A DNA stretch of 55,761 nt, taken from the NCBI GenBank assembly GCA_046052275.1, contig JBJOMQ010000005.1, positions 1 through 55,761 on the forward strand, given 5' to 3'. The stretch comes from Actinomycetota bacterium. GTDB lineage: Bacteria; Actinomycetota; Acidimicrobiia; Acidimicrobiales; Ilumatobacteraceae. Each line of letters begins with the position of its first letter. The stretch's first letter is position 1. This document shows, one piece after another, positions 26,938-35,782 of the stretch. Both the position numbers and the translations under genes were made by a program. Under the pieces are notes generated by a model that saw only the letters and a list, made by a program, of their open reading frames with translations, did no database searches and was not told the DNA's origin.

Positions 26938-27134
26938 GGTGAGCGAACCGTGCTCATGTCCTCAGGGTCTCGTCAAGAACGCTACAGGTAGTGAAATCAG
27001 TCATTGCTGAGACAGCCGAAGTGTAAGCAAACTGTCTGAAAAGGGAAGACTTTCTACCCAGAATGGGTCAAACGGCTCACCACGCATCGTGGTCGTCGGA
27101 TTCCGCCACCGATGGCTGCGACGCGCTGGCGAAC

Positions 27135-28094
27135 TCAGCGGTGCCACGGGGCGCTCGGGCTTGCGGCCCCCGGCGCCGTGAGCACGTCGACTCCGTCGTC
27201 GGTGACGAGGACCGTGTGCTCGAACTGGGCGGTGCGCTTGCCGTCGGCGGTGACGGCGGTCCAGTCGTCGTCGAAGACCATCTTGTGCTGCCATGTGCCA
27301 AGGGTGATCATCGGCTCGATGGTGAAGGTCATGCCTGGCTTCATCACCGTGCTGGCCCGGGGGTCGTAGTAGTGCAGGACCTGGATGTCGGTGTGGAACT
27401 GCTCGCCGATGCCGTGGCCGATGAATGCCCGCACCACTCCGTAGCGGTGCTTCTTGGCGTGGAGCTCGATGGCGCGCCCGATGTCGCTGATCGGCCGGCC
27501 GGGCTGGACGGCTTCGATGCCGTGCCACATGCACTCCTCGGTGACCTGGACGAGGCGGGTGCTCTCGTCGTCGACACTGCCCACGAAGAATGTTGCGTTG
27601 GTGTCGCCGTGCACTCCGTCGACGAAGCACGTCACATCGAGGTTCACGATGTCACCGTCCTCGAGCGGCCTGCTGTCGGGGATGCCGTGGCAGATCACCT
27701 CGTTGACGCTGGTGCACACGCTCTTGGGATAGCCGTGGTAGTTGAGCGGACTCGGATAGGCGCCGCGCTCGATGGTGGCGTCGTGGACGAAGATGTCGAT
27801 CTCGTCGGTGGTGATGCCGGGCCGCACCAATTCGCCGGCCAGCCGCAGGATCTCGGCGGCCATCGCTCCGGCGCGGCGCATCCGGTCGATGACGTCGGGT
27901 GTCTTCACCCGCGGCTCGGCCCAGCGTGCCGGCTCGCCCGTGAGCGCATACGACGGCCGGCCGATGTGGTCGGGCACGGAGCGCATCGGCGAGACCGTGC
28001 CCTTCTGGACGCGACCCTCGAGCGGCTTGTGGCACCGCTTGTACTTGCGGCCACTGCCGCACCAGCACACATCGTTGGCGCGCAGCGTCTCCAT
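27135..28094 (-). CDS. map: Type I methionine aminopeptidase with N-terminal SEC-C-like zinc motif
   Basis: MetAP motifs NEVICHGIP, DIVNLDV, GHGIG and TIEPM. N-terminal CWCGSGRKYKRCH. ATG 28094 gives METLRAND; the upstream part of the ORF is junk. Confidence 0.9.
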   Translation of the reverse strand: METLRANDVCWCGSGRKYKRCHKPLEGRVQKGTVSPMRSVPDHIGRPSYALTGEPARWAEPRVKTPDVIDRMRRAGAMAAEILRLAGELVRPGITTDEIDIFVHDATIERGAYPSPLNYHGYPKSVCTSVNEVICHGIPDSRPLEDGDIVNLDVTCFVDGVHGDTNATFFVGSVDDESTRLVQVTEECMWHGIEAVQPGRPISDIGRAIELHAKKHRYGVVRAFIGHGIGEQFHTDIQVLHYYDPRASTVMKPGMTFTIEPMITLGTWQHKMVFDDDWTAVTADGKRTAQFEHTVLVTDDGVDVLTAPGAASPSAPWHR

Positions 28095-28170
28095 TCTCTG
28101 GAGTGTACGGCGGTGATGCGGCGGCGACCCGATGGAGCAGCGGTCCCCGCAGAACTGGCACACTCTTGAC

Positions 28171-28857
28171 ATGGCTGATGCCGCCGGCTCCCCGGTGCCG
28201 ATCAAGGTGTTCCTGCTCGACGACCACGAGATCGTCCGGCGGGGTGTGCGCGAACTGCTGGAGTCCGACGCTGGGATCGAGATCGTCGGCGAGGCGTCGA
28301 CAGCTGCCGAGGCACTGGCGCGGATCCCGGCGACCCGGCCCGATGTGGCAGTGCTCGATGTGCGACTTCCCGACGGCAGCGGTGTCGAGGTGTGCCGAGA
28401 GGTGCGTAGCGAGATGCCGTCGATCGCGTGCCTCATGCTGACCTCGTTCAGCGACGACGATGCCCTGTTCGAGGCCATCATGGCCGGCGCCGCCGGCTAT
28501 GTGCTCAAGCAGATTCGAGGCAACGACCTCATCACTGCGATCCGACGCGTGGCAACGGGAGAGTCGCTGCTCGATCCGTCGGTGACCGCCAAGGTGCTGC
28601 ACCGCCTGCGCAACCCGAGCGAGGAGGATGAGCGCCTCGCCAAGCTCACGACCCAGGAGCGGAAGATCCTCGACCTGATCGCCGAGGGTGCCACCAACCG
28701 CCAGATTGGCAACGAGCTCCACCTCGCAGAGAAGACGGTGAAGAACTACGTGTCGAACATGCTGATGAAGCTCGGCATGAGCCGCCGCACTGAGGCAGCG
28801 GTGTTCGCCGTGAAGGCGGGCGTGGGGCGTAAGCCACCGGCCGGGCCGGAATCCTGA
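28171..28857 (+). CDS. NarL/LuxR-family two-component response regulator
   Basis: Receiver domain (VFLLDDHEIVRRG ... DVAVLDVRLPDGSG) and LuxR HTH (LTTQERKILDLIAEGATNRQIGNELHLAEKTVKNYVSNM). Confidence 0.9.
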   Translation: MADAAGSPVPIKVFLLDDHEIVRRGVRELLESDAGIEIVGEASTAAEALARIPATRPDVAVLDVRLPDGSGVEVCREVRSEMPSIACLMLTSFSDDDALFEAIMAGAAGYVLKQIRGNDLITAIRRVATGESLLDPSVTAKVLHRLRNPSEEDERLAKLTTQERKILDLIAEGATNRQIGNELHLAEKTVKNYVSNMLMKLGMSRRTEAAVFAVKAGVGRKPPAGPES

Positions 28858-28869
28858 CCGCGGCGATCG

Positions 28870-29871
28870 TCAGGGCGCTAGCGGCACCTGCCAGCGCACT
28901 GTGGTGCCCTGGGGCTCGTTCGGAGCGACATTGCACGAGCCCCCGAGGCGGACGGCCCGGTCGTGCATGTTCAACAGCCCGCTCCCCAGTCGATGACTCG
29001 ACGGGATGCCGCCGCCATCGTCGGTGACTACCAGTTCGAGCTGATCGTCACTTCTCCGGAGCACGACATCTGCGTGCAGGGCCCGTGCGTGGCGGGCGAC
29101 GTTGCTGAGCGCTTCGCGGGCCACCGCCGCAACCTCGGCAGTGACCTGCTCGTCGACGGTGTCGAGCACCCCGACGAAGTGGAGCGTGGGCCGGAATCCG
29201 AGCACCCGCGACGACTCATCGACGAGATCGTTGACGACGACGCGCAGCGTGCGACCTGCGCTGCGCTTACTTGCCAGCCCGAAGATCGCAGTTCGCAGTT
29301 CTTTGATGGCGTCATCTTGGACGTCGATGATCCGCTCGACCTTTGCCCTTGCTCCCTCGGGCATCACCGAGACGAGGCTCTGCAGGGTGAGACCGGCGGC
29401 GAAGAGACGCTGGATCACCGTGTCGTGGAGGTCGCGGGCGATTCGTTCGTGGTCTTCTGCGAGCATGACGCGCTGTCGTGCAGACTCGAGTTCCGCATCG
29501 GCGGCTCGGCTTGCGGTGACATCGCGCACCGATGCGATGACGACGTGCCGATCGCCGATCTCGGCTGGGGCGAGGGAAATCTCGACAGGAAACTCACTGC
29601 CGTCAGACCGACGGGCGCTCAGCGTCATTCCGGTGCCCATCGCGCGGCGCCGTGGTGCTGCAGCGAAATTGCGCCGATGAGCGACATGTGCCGACTGCTG
29701 ACCGGTGGGCAGGAACATGTCGACCACCTTGCCGAGCATCTCGGCCCGGGAGTAGCCCGTGATGCGCTCCATCTCGCGGTTGACGAGCAGGATCTCACCG
29801 TCGTCGGCCACGATGACGACACCGTCGGGCATCGCCTCCACCACCTCGAGCAACCATGAACTGTCGTCCAC
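28870..29871 (-). CDS. Cytoplasmic PAS-domain sensor histidine kinase (HisKA_3 + HATPase_c)
   Basis: PAS (MPDGVVIVADDGEILLVNREMERITGYSRAEMLG), H-box ERIARDLHDTVIQRLFA, N-box EALSNVARHA and G1 DDGGGIP. No TM segment. Confidence 0.9.
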   Translation of the reverse strand: MDDSSWLLEVVEAMPDGVVIVADDGEILLVNREMERITGYSRAEMLGKVVDMFLPTGQQSAHVAHRRNFAAAPRRRAMGTGMTLSARRSDGSEFPVEISLAPAEIGDRHVVIASVRDVTASRAADAELESARQRVMLAEDHERIARDLHDTVIQRLFAAGLTLQSLVSVMPEGARAKVERIIDVQDDAIKELRTAIFGLASKRSAGRTLRVVVNDLVDESSRVLGFRPTLHFVGVLDTVDEQVTAEVAAVAREALSNVARHARALHADVVLRRSDDQLELVVTDDGGGIPSSHRLGSGLLNMHDRAVRLGGSCNVAPNEPQGTTVRWQVPLAP

Positions 29872-29919
29872 CGGGAGTGAGTCTCACAGACCGATGTGCG
29901 TGAGAGGCGACTGGGGTAC

Positions 29920-31407
29920 TCAGGCGTTGCCGACGCCGAGGTCGTCGATGGTGGTCTCGTAGGCGTGAGCGAGCACGAGCAGGTCGACGTCGCCCCGGGG
30001 ACGACCGATCACCTGCATGCCCATCGGCAGTCCGGCCGGTACACCTGGTGCCGTGTCGTCATCGCTGAATCCCGCGGGAAGGCTCATCGCCGGCAATCCG
30101 GCGAACGTGGCGTACGAGGTCACCTCCATCCACTGGTGGTAGGTGTCCATCGTCCGGCCGCCGATGTGCTGCGGCCAGTGGAGTGCAGCGTCGAATGGCC
30201 ACACCTGAGCCGATGGCAGTACGAGGGCGTCAAATTGCTCGAACAGTCCGACCATGGCAGCGTGGAATACCGTGCGCTGCTGCGCGGCGCGGGCGATGTC
30301 GACTGCGCTCAGCGCCATGCCCCGATCGATCTCCCAGAGAAGTTCGGGTTTCATGAGCGCGGCCTTTGCCGGATCGCCAGCGAGCGCGCCGAGGCTGCCG
30401 GCGATGCTGTAGTGACGAAGGGCGAGCCATGCCCGCCAGATGCGCTGCAGGTCGACGTCGATCGTGGCCGGCTCGACGTGACAGCCGAGCTCAGCGAGCC
30501 GGCCGAGGCCCGACTCGCATGTCTCGACGATGCCCTGCTCGAGCGCGAGGTGGCCGCCGAGGTCACCCAGCCATCCAATTCGCAGCCCGCGAATCCCGCC
30601 GCGCCCGTCGGTGCCGGCCGTCAGGGTGGTGGTGGCTGCATCGATGCCGTCGAATTCGTCGAGTCGGGTGTCGAGCGCGAGCGGACTGAGCGGGTGCGGA
30701 CCGCTCTGTGTTGCCAGGAGGAGGGCTACATCGATCACGCTGCGGGCCATCGGCCCCTCCGTGCTCATCTGCGACATGTAGGCGTCGTTCGCCGGTAGTC
30801 CGGGCACGCGTCCCTGGCTCGGGCGCAGGCCGATGACGTTGTTCCACGCGGCTGGGTTGCGCAGCGAGCCCATGTAGTCGCTGCCGTCTGCGATCGGCAC
30901 CATCCGGGTGGCCAGCGCCACGCACGCACCACCACTGCTCCCGCCGGCAGATCGCGTCGGGTCGTAGGCATTGCCCGTGGTGCCGAACACCTCGTTGTAG
31001 GTATGCGATCCAAGGCCGAACTCTGGGACGTTGGTCTTTCCGATGATGATGCAGCCCGCGGCGCGCATGCGCTGCACCATGAGGCAGTCGGCGTCGGGGA
31101 CGTGCTCGGCGAGCAGTCGAGAGCCCGACGTGGTGCGCAGCCCCTTCGTCTCGGCGAGGTCCTTCACTGCTACCGGTAGGCCGTGCATCCAGCCGCGCGA
31201 GAGTCCGGCAGCGAGCTCGTCGTCGCACTGGGACGCCTCGGCCATCAGCGACTCCCTGTCGCGCAGCGAGACGATGGCGTTGTGCCGCGGATTGCGTTCG
31301 TCGATGCGGTCGAGATGGGCGGCCATGACCTCGCGGCACGAGACCTGACGGTCGTGGATGGCCGTCGACAGCGCAGCGGCCGTGAGGTCGATCGGATTCA
31401 CGGTCAC
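29920..31407 (-). CDS. Amidase-signature family amidase
   Basis: AS motif GGSSGGACVALATRMVPIADGSDYMGSLRNPAAWNNVIGLRPS. Confidence 0.9.
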   Translation of the reverse strand: MTVNPIDLTAAALSTAIHDRQVSCREVMAAHLDRIDERNPRHNAIVSLRDRESLMAEASQCDDELAAGLSRGWMHGLPVAVKDLAETKGLRTTSGSRLLAEHVPDADCLMVQRMRAAGCIIIGKTNVPEFGLGSHTYNEVFGTTGNAYDPTRSAGGSSGGACVALATRMVPIADGSDYMGSLRNPAAWNNVIGLRPSQGRVPGLPANDAYMSQMSTEGPMARSVIDVALLLATQSGPHPLSPLALDTRLDEFDGIDAATTTLTAGTDGRGGIRGLRIGWLGDLGGHLALEQGIVETCESGLGRLAELGCHVEPATIDVDLQRIWRAWLALRHYSIAGSLGALAGDPAKAALMKPELLWEIDRGMALSAVDIARAAQQRTVFHAAMVGLFEQFDALVLPSAQVWPFDAALHWPQHIGGRTMDTYHQWMEVTSYATFAGLPAMSLPAGFSDDDTAPGVPAGLPMGMQVIGRPRGDVDLLVLAHAYETTIDDLGVGNA

Positions 31408-31447
31408 AGGCTGTCACACGGGCGGCCGGCACCCGCTGGCTGCGATG

Positions 31448-33055
31448 TCAGGGGCGCTCGAGCGACCGGTCGACGTCGTCGGCGGGAATCCACCACTCGC
31501 GGCCGCGCGCGGTGGTGACGTACTCGGGCCACGGGTGATGGATGGGCGGCTCGTAGTCGCAGCGCGGCGACATCCACTCCGTGCCGCCAACACCGCCGCC
31601 GGTTCGCTCTTCGAACTCGGCCCGTGCTGCAGAGAGCCCGGCTGGATCCGTGAGCAGGTCGATGATCGTGGCGCCGATCGTCCGAGCGGCGCATTCGATG
31701 GTGGGGTCGATCGTTGCCGGTATGCCGCCGAGGGCGTTCATCGCCCAGTCGGGGTACGCGTAGCCGGTGGGTCCGCGCAGCGCAGCCCGGCCCACGTACA
31801 TCCGCACTGACGGAGCGAACCACGTCATGTCGGTGTAGTCGTCGCTGGTGTAGTGGGTCTGCCATGAGGGGAGCTGCGACCGAACGCGGCGCTCGGCCTC
31901 CTCGGGATCGAGCAACTGCTCGATCTCGGGGATGAACGGCCGATCCATCGGGTCGAGCCCGAGCTCGTGCTGGATCTCCCTGGCCACGACACGTGCGTCG
32001 TCGCCCCACTGTGGCGGGCCACCGAGTTCGAGGTTGCGGTAGGCGATGCGCGTGAGGGCGTGATTGGCGAGGCCCGGCGCAGACTTCGACACCCAGTGCC
32101 TGCGCACCGTGCAGTGCGCGGCCGCCGCCGCAGCAGCGGCGTTGCTGTCGAGCACCGTCAGCGCCCGGTCGAGCATGTCGAGTGACGGGGCCCGCATGGA
32201 ATACATCACTTTCGACATCTGTGCTGCGAGGTTGTCGGCCGTTGCCTGCCCTGAGGCGAGGATGACCTCGTTGATCGTCCACGTGCCGGTGTGCGGCAGC
32301 ATGTGGTCGCGCATCATCTTCGACAGCGTGTACATCGCCACAACGGCATCGTTCGCCCCCGGGGCGCGTGCTGCAGTGTGCGCAGCGGCGATCGGCGAGG
32401 TGCTGTCGGCGAGCCACGTCTCGGGCGACTCGCAGAGAAACTCGTAGATGACCCCGTAGTACGGGCCGCAGTGCGTGTCCCATCGAAGGGTGTTGCAGTA
32501 GGGGAGCATGTAGAACGGATGCCACGACAGGATGGCATCGACCCCGTCGTAGTAGCCGCGGGCAGCGTGGATGGGCTTTGAGCCGCGCACCTTCTCGGCC
32601 GGCTCACCCATCAGTCGCAGCGTGCCGCCGATGCCATCGCGCTGCATCACGGCCTTGGCGGCGAGGATGCCGGCGAGCGAGCCAATGCCGAGCGCCGAGT
32701 GAGGATCGGTGTGGCCGCCGGCGAAACGCGAGAGGCCCGCACGCGGTGCTCGGTGCGTGACCGGCGCCTGGCAGTTGCCGGGTACGGCGTCATATTCGGA
32801 GTAGGCGAGCACGGTTGGGCCGCCACCGTTCGACCAGGTGGCCGAGAAGGCCGTGGGCATCCCGGCAGATGCCGCCTCGACCGCGAAGCCCTCGCGGCGA
32901 AGCAACTCGACGTACCACTCGGCGGAGCGGTACTCGCGCCAGGCGGTCTCTCCGAAGTCGAAGATCGTCGATGCCCACGCCGACCAGTCGGACCGGTGGT
33001 CGGCAACCCAGGCCATCGCCGCCCGCCGGGACGACGTCGGGGCGGTGTCCTGCAT
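31448..33055 (-). CDS. M20-family amidohydrolase (AbgB-like)
   Basis: AbgB-like N-terminus (ETAWREYRSAEWYVELLRREGFAVE...GMPTAFSATW...GPTVLAYSEYDAVPG) and GHTDPH. Confidence 0.75.
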   Translation of the reverse strand: MQDTAPTSSRRAAMAWVADHRSDWSAWASTIFDFGETAWREYRSAEWYVELLRREGFAVEAASAGMPTAFSATWSNGGGPTVLAYSEYDAVPGNCQAPVTHRAPRAGLSRFAGGHTDPHSALGIGSLAGILAAKAVMQRDGIGGTLRLMGEPAEKVRGSKPIHAARGYYDGVDAILSWHPFYMLPYCNTLRWDTHCGPYYGVIYEFLCESPETWLADSTSPIAAAHTAARAPGANDAVVAMYTLSKMMRDHMLPHTGTWTINEVILASGQATADNLAAQMSKVMYSMRAPSLDMLDRALTVLDSNAAAAAAAAHCTVRRHWVSKSAPGLANHALTRIAYRNLELGGPPQWGDDARVVAREIQHELGLDPMDRPFIPEIEQLLDPEEAERRVRSQLPSWQTHYTSDDYTDMTWFAPSVRMYVGRAALRGPTGYAYPDWAMNALGGIPATIDPTIECAARTIGATIIDLLTDPAGLSAARAEFEERTGGGVGGTEWMSPRCDYEPPIHHPWPEYVTTARGREWWIPADDVDRSLERP

Positions 33056-33175
33056 GGACGCAGTCCAGTCGGTGACGCACCCCCGGTCAAGCGTGGCCCC
33101 GTGCGGCGGCCATCTGACCGCCTCCCAGATGGCCTCGCCAAGCAGGAGGGTTACGCACCGTTCCTTCGCGATGTC

Positions 33176-33203
33176 TTGACGAGGGGTTGAGAAAGCGTAT
33201 GGT
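33176..33203 (+). promoter_or_regulatory. Candidate sigma-70-type promoter for the secreted-protein gene
   Basis: TTGACG, 16-nt spacer, TATGGT, about 40 nt upstream of ATG 33244. Confidence 0.35.
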
Positions 33204-33243
33204 TGACACCCGAAACAGTTCTCATCAGGGAGAGGGAGATTCC

Positions 33244-34194
33244 ATGAACCACGACGCCACGACGCGCCGACGCATCAGGGGGATCGGTGCGCTGACCGCG
33301 GCCGTGCTCGTGACAGCGACACTGATGGTCGGGGGAGCCGACGCCTATCCGTCAACCGATGGGTACAGCGTGCTGTCCGACGAGCAGGGCATTGACGACG
33401 TACCCGGCCAGAAGGACCTCACCCAGCAGGGTTGGCAACTCGACGGCGACCATGTCGACGTGTTCTTCAACTTCGACGATGTGGTCACCCGCGGCGGCAA
33501 CACGCTGACCGGATGCACCCTGTTCGACAGCGATGGCGATGGCCTCACCAACTTCGCCCTCTGCGCTGTCACTGGTGCCCGCGACTCGTCGACACCGCAG
33601 TCGAGCACGCTCTACTCGTGCCGCGATGTCAGGATCGACCGGTGCGCGAACGCGACCGTGGTGGTGGCGCCCGACCGGTCGGCTGAGACGACCTGCGGCT
33701 ACCTGAACAAGGCGCAGGCAGCGGCGTTCATGGCCGACGCCGATGCAGACACCCGCGTCTACTGCACGGTGATGCTCGCCGATGTCGGCGCCGAGTCGGC
33801 CGAGCTGCTGAACACGTGCGCCTACTCGTCTGCCGAGCCGAACTCGGATCCGGCCGACTGCGTGCGTGCCCCCGACAAGGCCGATCCCTCGGCGACCGGA
33901 GCCACGTGGGTGTATCCGAACGCCACCATCAGCGTGACTGGGTGGGCAGAGGGCGGCATCAGCACCGGCGACTACGACAAGGTGCAATTCGCCCTGTACG
34001 ACAGCGCCGACTGCTCGACGACCGCGCTGTACACCCAGACGGTGGCTGCTGGGACGTCTGTCACCACGACGAACACGTCGGTGAAGGTGGAGACTGACGG
34101 CACCTACTACTGGCATGTCGTCTACACCGGCAACAACCTGAACAACCCGTTCACGCTGCCGTGTGGGACGCTGCAGACGACGGTTGATCTCTGA
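33244..34194 (+). CDS. Secreted cysteine-rich hypothetical protein with twin-arginine-like signal
   Basis: GGGAGAGGGAG RBS, TRRRIRGIGALTAAVLVTATLMVGGADA signal, 10 Cys in the mature part and a DSDGDG motif. I recognised no family. Confidence 0.65.
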   Translation: MNHDATTRRRIRGIGALTAAVLVTATLMVGGADAYPSTDGYSVLSDEQGIDDVPGQKDLTQQGWQLDGDHVDVFFNFDDVVTRGGNTLTGCTLFDSDGDGLTNFALCAVTGARDSSTPQSSTLYSCRDVRIDRCANATVVVAPDRSAETTCGYLNKAQAAAFMADADADTRVYCTVMLADVGAESAELLNTCAYSSAEPNSDPADCVRAPDKADPSATGATWVYPNATISVTGWAEGGISTGDYDKVQFALYDSADCSTTALYTQTVAAGTSVTTTNTSVKVETDGTYYWHVVYTGNNLNNPFTLPCGTLQTTVDL

Positions 34195-34221
34195 TCACGC
34201 TCGCATAGCAAGAACGACGTT

Positions 34222-34251
34222 GACGGGCCCGCGGGAATCCGCGGGCCCGTC
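34222..34251. terminator. Bidirectional intrinsic-terminator-like hairpin
   Basis: Perfect 13-bp GC-rich stem GACGGGCCCGCGG / CCGCGGGCCCGTC with a GAAT loop. It lies between the convergent secreted-protein gene and tRNA-Ser. Confidence 0.65.
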
Positions 34252-34290
34252 CGCGTGAGTCGCGAGGTGCGGCCACTGCGGCATGTCCTG

Positions 34291-34373
34291 CGGAACGGGA
34301 GGGATTCGAACCCCCGGGCCGTGAGGCCTCACGCTTTCAAGGCGCGCGCATTTGTCCGCTCTGCCACCGTTCC
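34291..34373 (-). tRNA. tRNA-Ser (anticodon TGA, reads UCA)
   Basis: Manual cloverleaf: acceptor GGAACGG/CCGTTCC, D arm GCA-GAGCGGACAAA-TGC, anticodon stem CGCGC/GCGTG with loop CTTGAAA, long variable arm AGGCCTCACGGCCC, T arm GGGGG-TTCGAAT-CCCTC, discriminator G. No encoded CCA. Confidence 0.88.
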
Positions 34374-34415
34374 GCCGGCGAATCTACCGGCGGCAGCGGA
34401 CCCAGGACACTGCGC

Positions 34416-35138
34416 TCACGCGGTGAGACGGCCGGCGAACTCGTCGACGAGGCCGGCGACGACATCGGCGTGCTCTGCCTCGTGCATCGAGTGCCCACCG
34501 CCCTCGACCGCCGCGAATGATGCCCGGGGCATCTTCCGGGCGAGGTATTCCCCCGACGTGGTGTACTCGGGCCGATCGGCGGTGCCCGCGAGGGCGAGCA
34601 CGGGAACATCGATCGCAGTGAGTCGCTCCATCACGATCGAGTCCTCCTGCAGGTTGAGGTCGGCAACCTGCACCGGCACGCCGAAGCGGTGGGCGTTGCG
34701 ACGGGACCGCTCGTTCCATGCCTCGCGTTTGTCGGCGTCGCGGTAGCCGGGCCCGGTGTTGAGCACGACGATGCCGTCGATGCCGGCCGGTCTGGTCGCT
34801 GCGTAGGCGAGGGCGAGATAGCCGCCGAGCGAGTGGCCGACGAGAACCACCGGCCGGCGGATATCGACGCCGGCGTCGGCGAGCAGCTCATCGATGTCGT
34901 CGAGGGTGCGGTCGCGTCGATACTCGGCATGATCGTCTGGTACCGGTGACGATCCGTGGCCGATGAGATCGGGCGCCGCAACCCGGTAGCGCCCGGCGAG
35001 GCGCTGCATGCACTCGAGCCAGCTGGATGACGAGGTGCCCATGCCGTGCAGGAAGACGAGCGACGAGGCACCAGCGCCGCCAGCGACGACGTGCAGGCGG
35101 CGGGTGCCGACGGTGAAGCTGGCGAGCGGGATGCTCAT
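34416..35138 (-). CDS. Alpha/beta-fold hydrolase
   Basis: LVFLHGMGTSSSSW and nucleophile elbow GHSLGG. ATGA overlap with the upstream lipoprotein gene. Confidence 0.85.
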   Translation of the reverse strand: MSIPLASFTVGTRRLHVVAGGAGASSLVFLHGMGTSSSSWLECMQRLAGRYRVAAPDLIGHGSSPVPDDHAEYRRDRTLDDIDELLADAGVDIRRPVVLVGHSLGGYLALAYAATRPAGIDGIVVLNTGPGYRDADKREAWNERSRRNAHRFGVPVQVADLNLQEDSIVMERLTAIDVPVLALAGTADRPEYTTSGEYLARKMPRASFAAVEGGGHSMHEAEHADVVAGLVDEFAGRLTA

Positions 35139-35782
35139 GATGTGCGGAACTGCTCGAAGGCGACGATCTCGCCGTCGATCACGGTCATGAGGAACGCAAA
35201 CGGGTAGTAGGTGTAGCCATCGGGGGCTTCGGGTGACGGCAGCCCGGTACTGGCGACGCTGAGCTCGTCGAAGGTGATGCGGTAGTTCGAGCTGCTACGT
35301 GCGTCGGCGACGGTGATGAGGGCATCGTCCGAGACGGGCACATCGTCGATGTCGCGGGTTGGCGTGGGCGTCACGAATAGGTCGCCGAAGCACTCGTCGT
35401 TGAATGCGGCCGCTGCCTCCACACATGCCTCGCCGAAGTAGGCGATGAACAGGCTGACGAAGGGGGCGTCGGGCGTGGTGGTGCCGTTGTAGGTCACCCA
35501 GTACTGGCCGTTGCCGAGCGGCCCGTCGCCTGCGAACTCGTCGGTGCGTTCGCCGGTGAGTGACGGCCCGGGCACCGGCTCGTACAGGCCAGACGGCCGG
35601 GTGGTGGTCGGCGCTGCCGTGGTGGACGTGGTGCTGCTGGTGGACGTCGTGGTGCTGCTCGACGTCGTCGATGCAACTGGCGTCGTGACCGGCATCGATG
35701 CGAGCGAGCGGCGCTCGTCAGACGAGCACCCGGCCAGCGAGATCGAGGTGATGGCGAACGCAGCGAGGGCGCGACGACTCAT
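35135..35782 (-). CDS. Putative lipoprotein with Ser/Thr-rich linker
   Basis: Lipobox in MSRRALAAFAITSISLAGCSS. ATG 35782 overlaps the pheA stop (ATGA). Confidence 0.65.
   Translation of the reverse strand: MSRRALAAFAITSISLAGCSSDERRSLASMPVTTPVASTTSSSTTTSTSSTTSTTAAPTTTRPSGLYEPVPGPSLTGERTDEFAGDGPLGNGQYWVTYNGTTTPDAPFVSLFIAYFGEACVEAAAAFNDECFGDLFVTPTPTRDIDDVPVSDDALITVADARSSSNYRITFDELSVASTGLPSPEAPDGYTYYPFAFLMTVIDGEIVAFEQFRTS

Noticed and set aside
34291-34373. Possible tRNA-Sec, because of the long variable arm and TGA-related anticodon
   Set aside because: The anticodon loop CTTGAAA gives anticodon TGA (reads UCA, Ser), not TCA. The acceptor and T stems are the standard 7/5 bp and the D stem is 3 bp, which is an ordinary class II tRNA-Ser.
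35590-35700. Repetitive GTGGTG/GCTGCT-rich DNA (also 47880-47960 and 53200-53500) that looks like tandem repeats
   Set aside because: These stretches encode Ser/Thr- or Pro-rich low-complexity linkers inside the lipoprotein, L,D-transpeptidase and zinc-ribbon proteins. They have no regular repeat unit and no CRISPR-like spacer structure.
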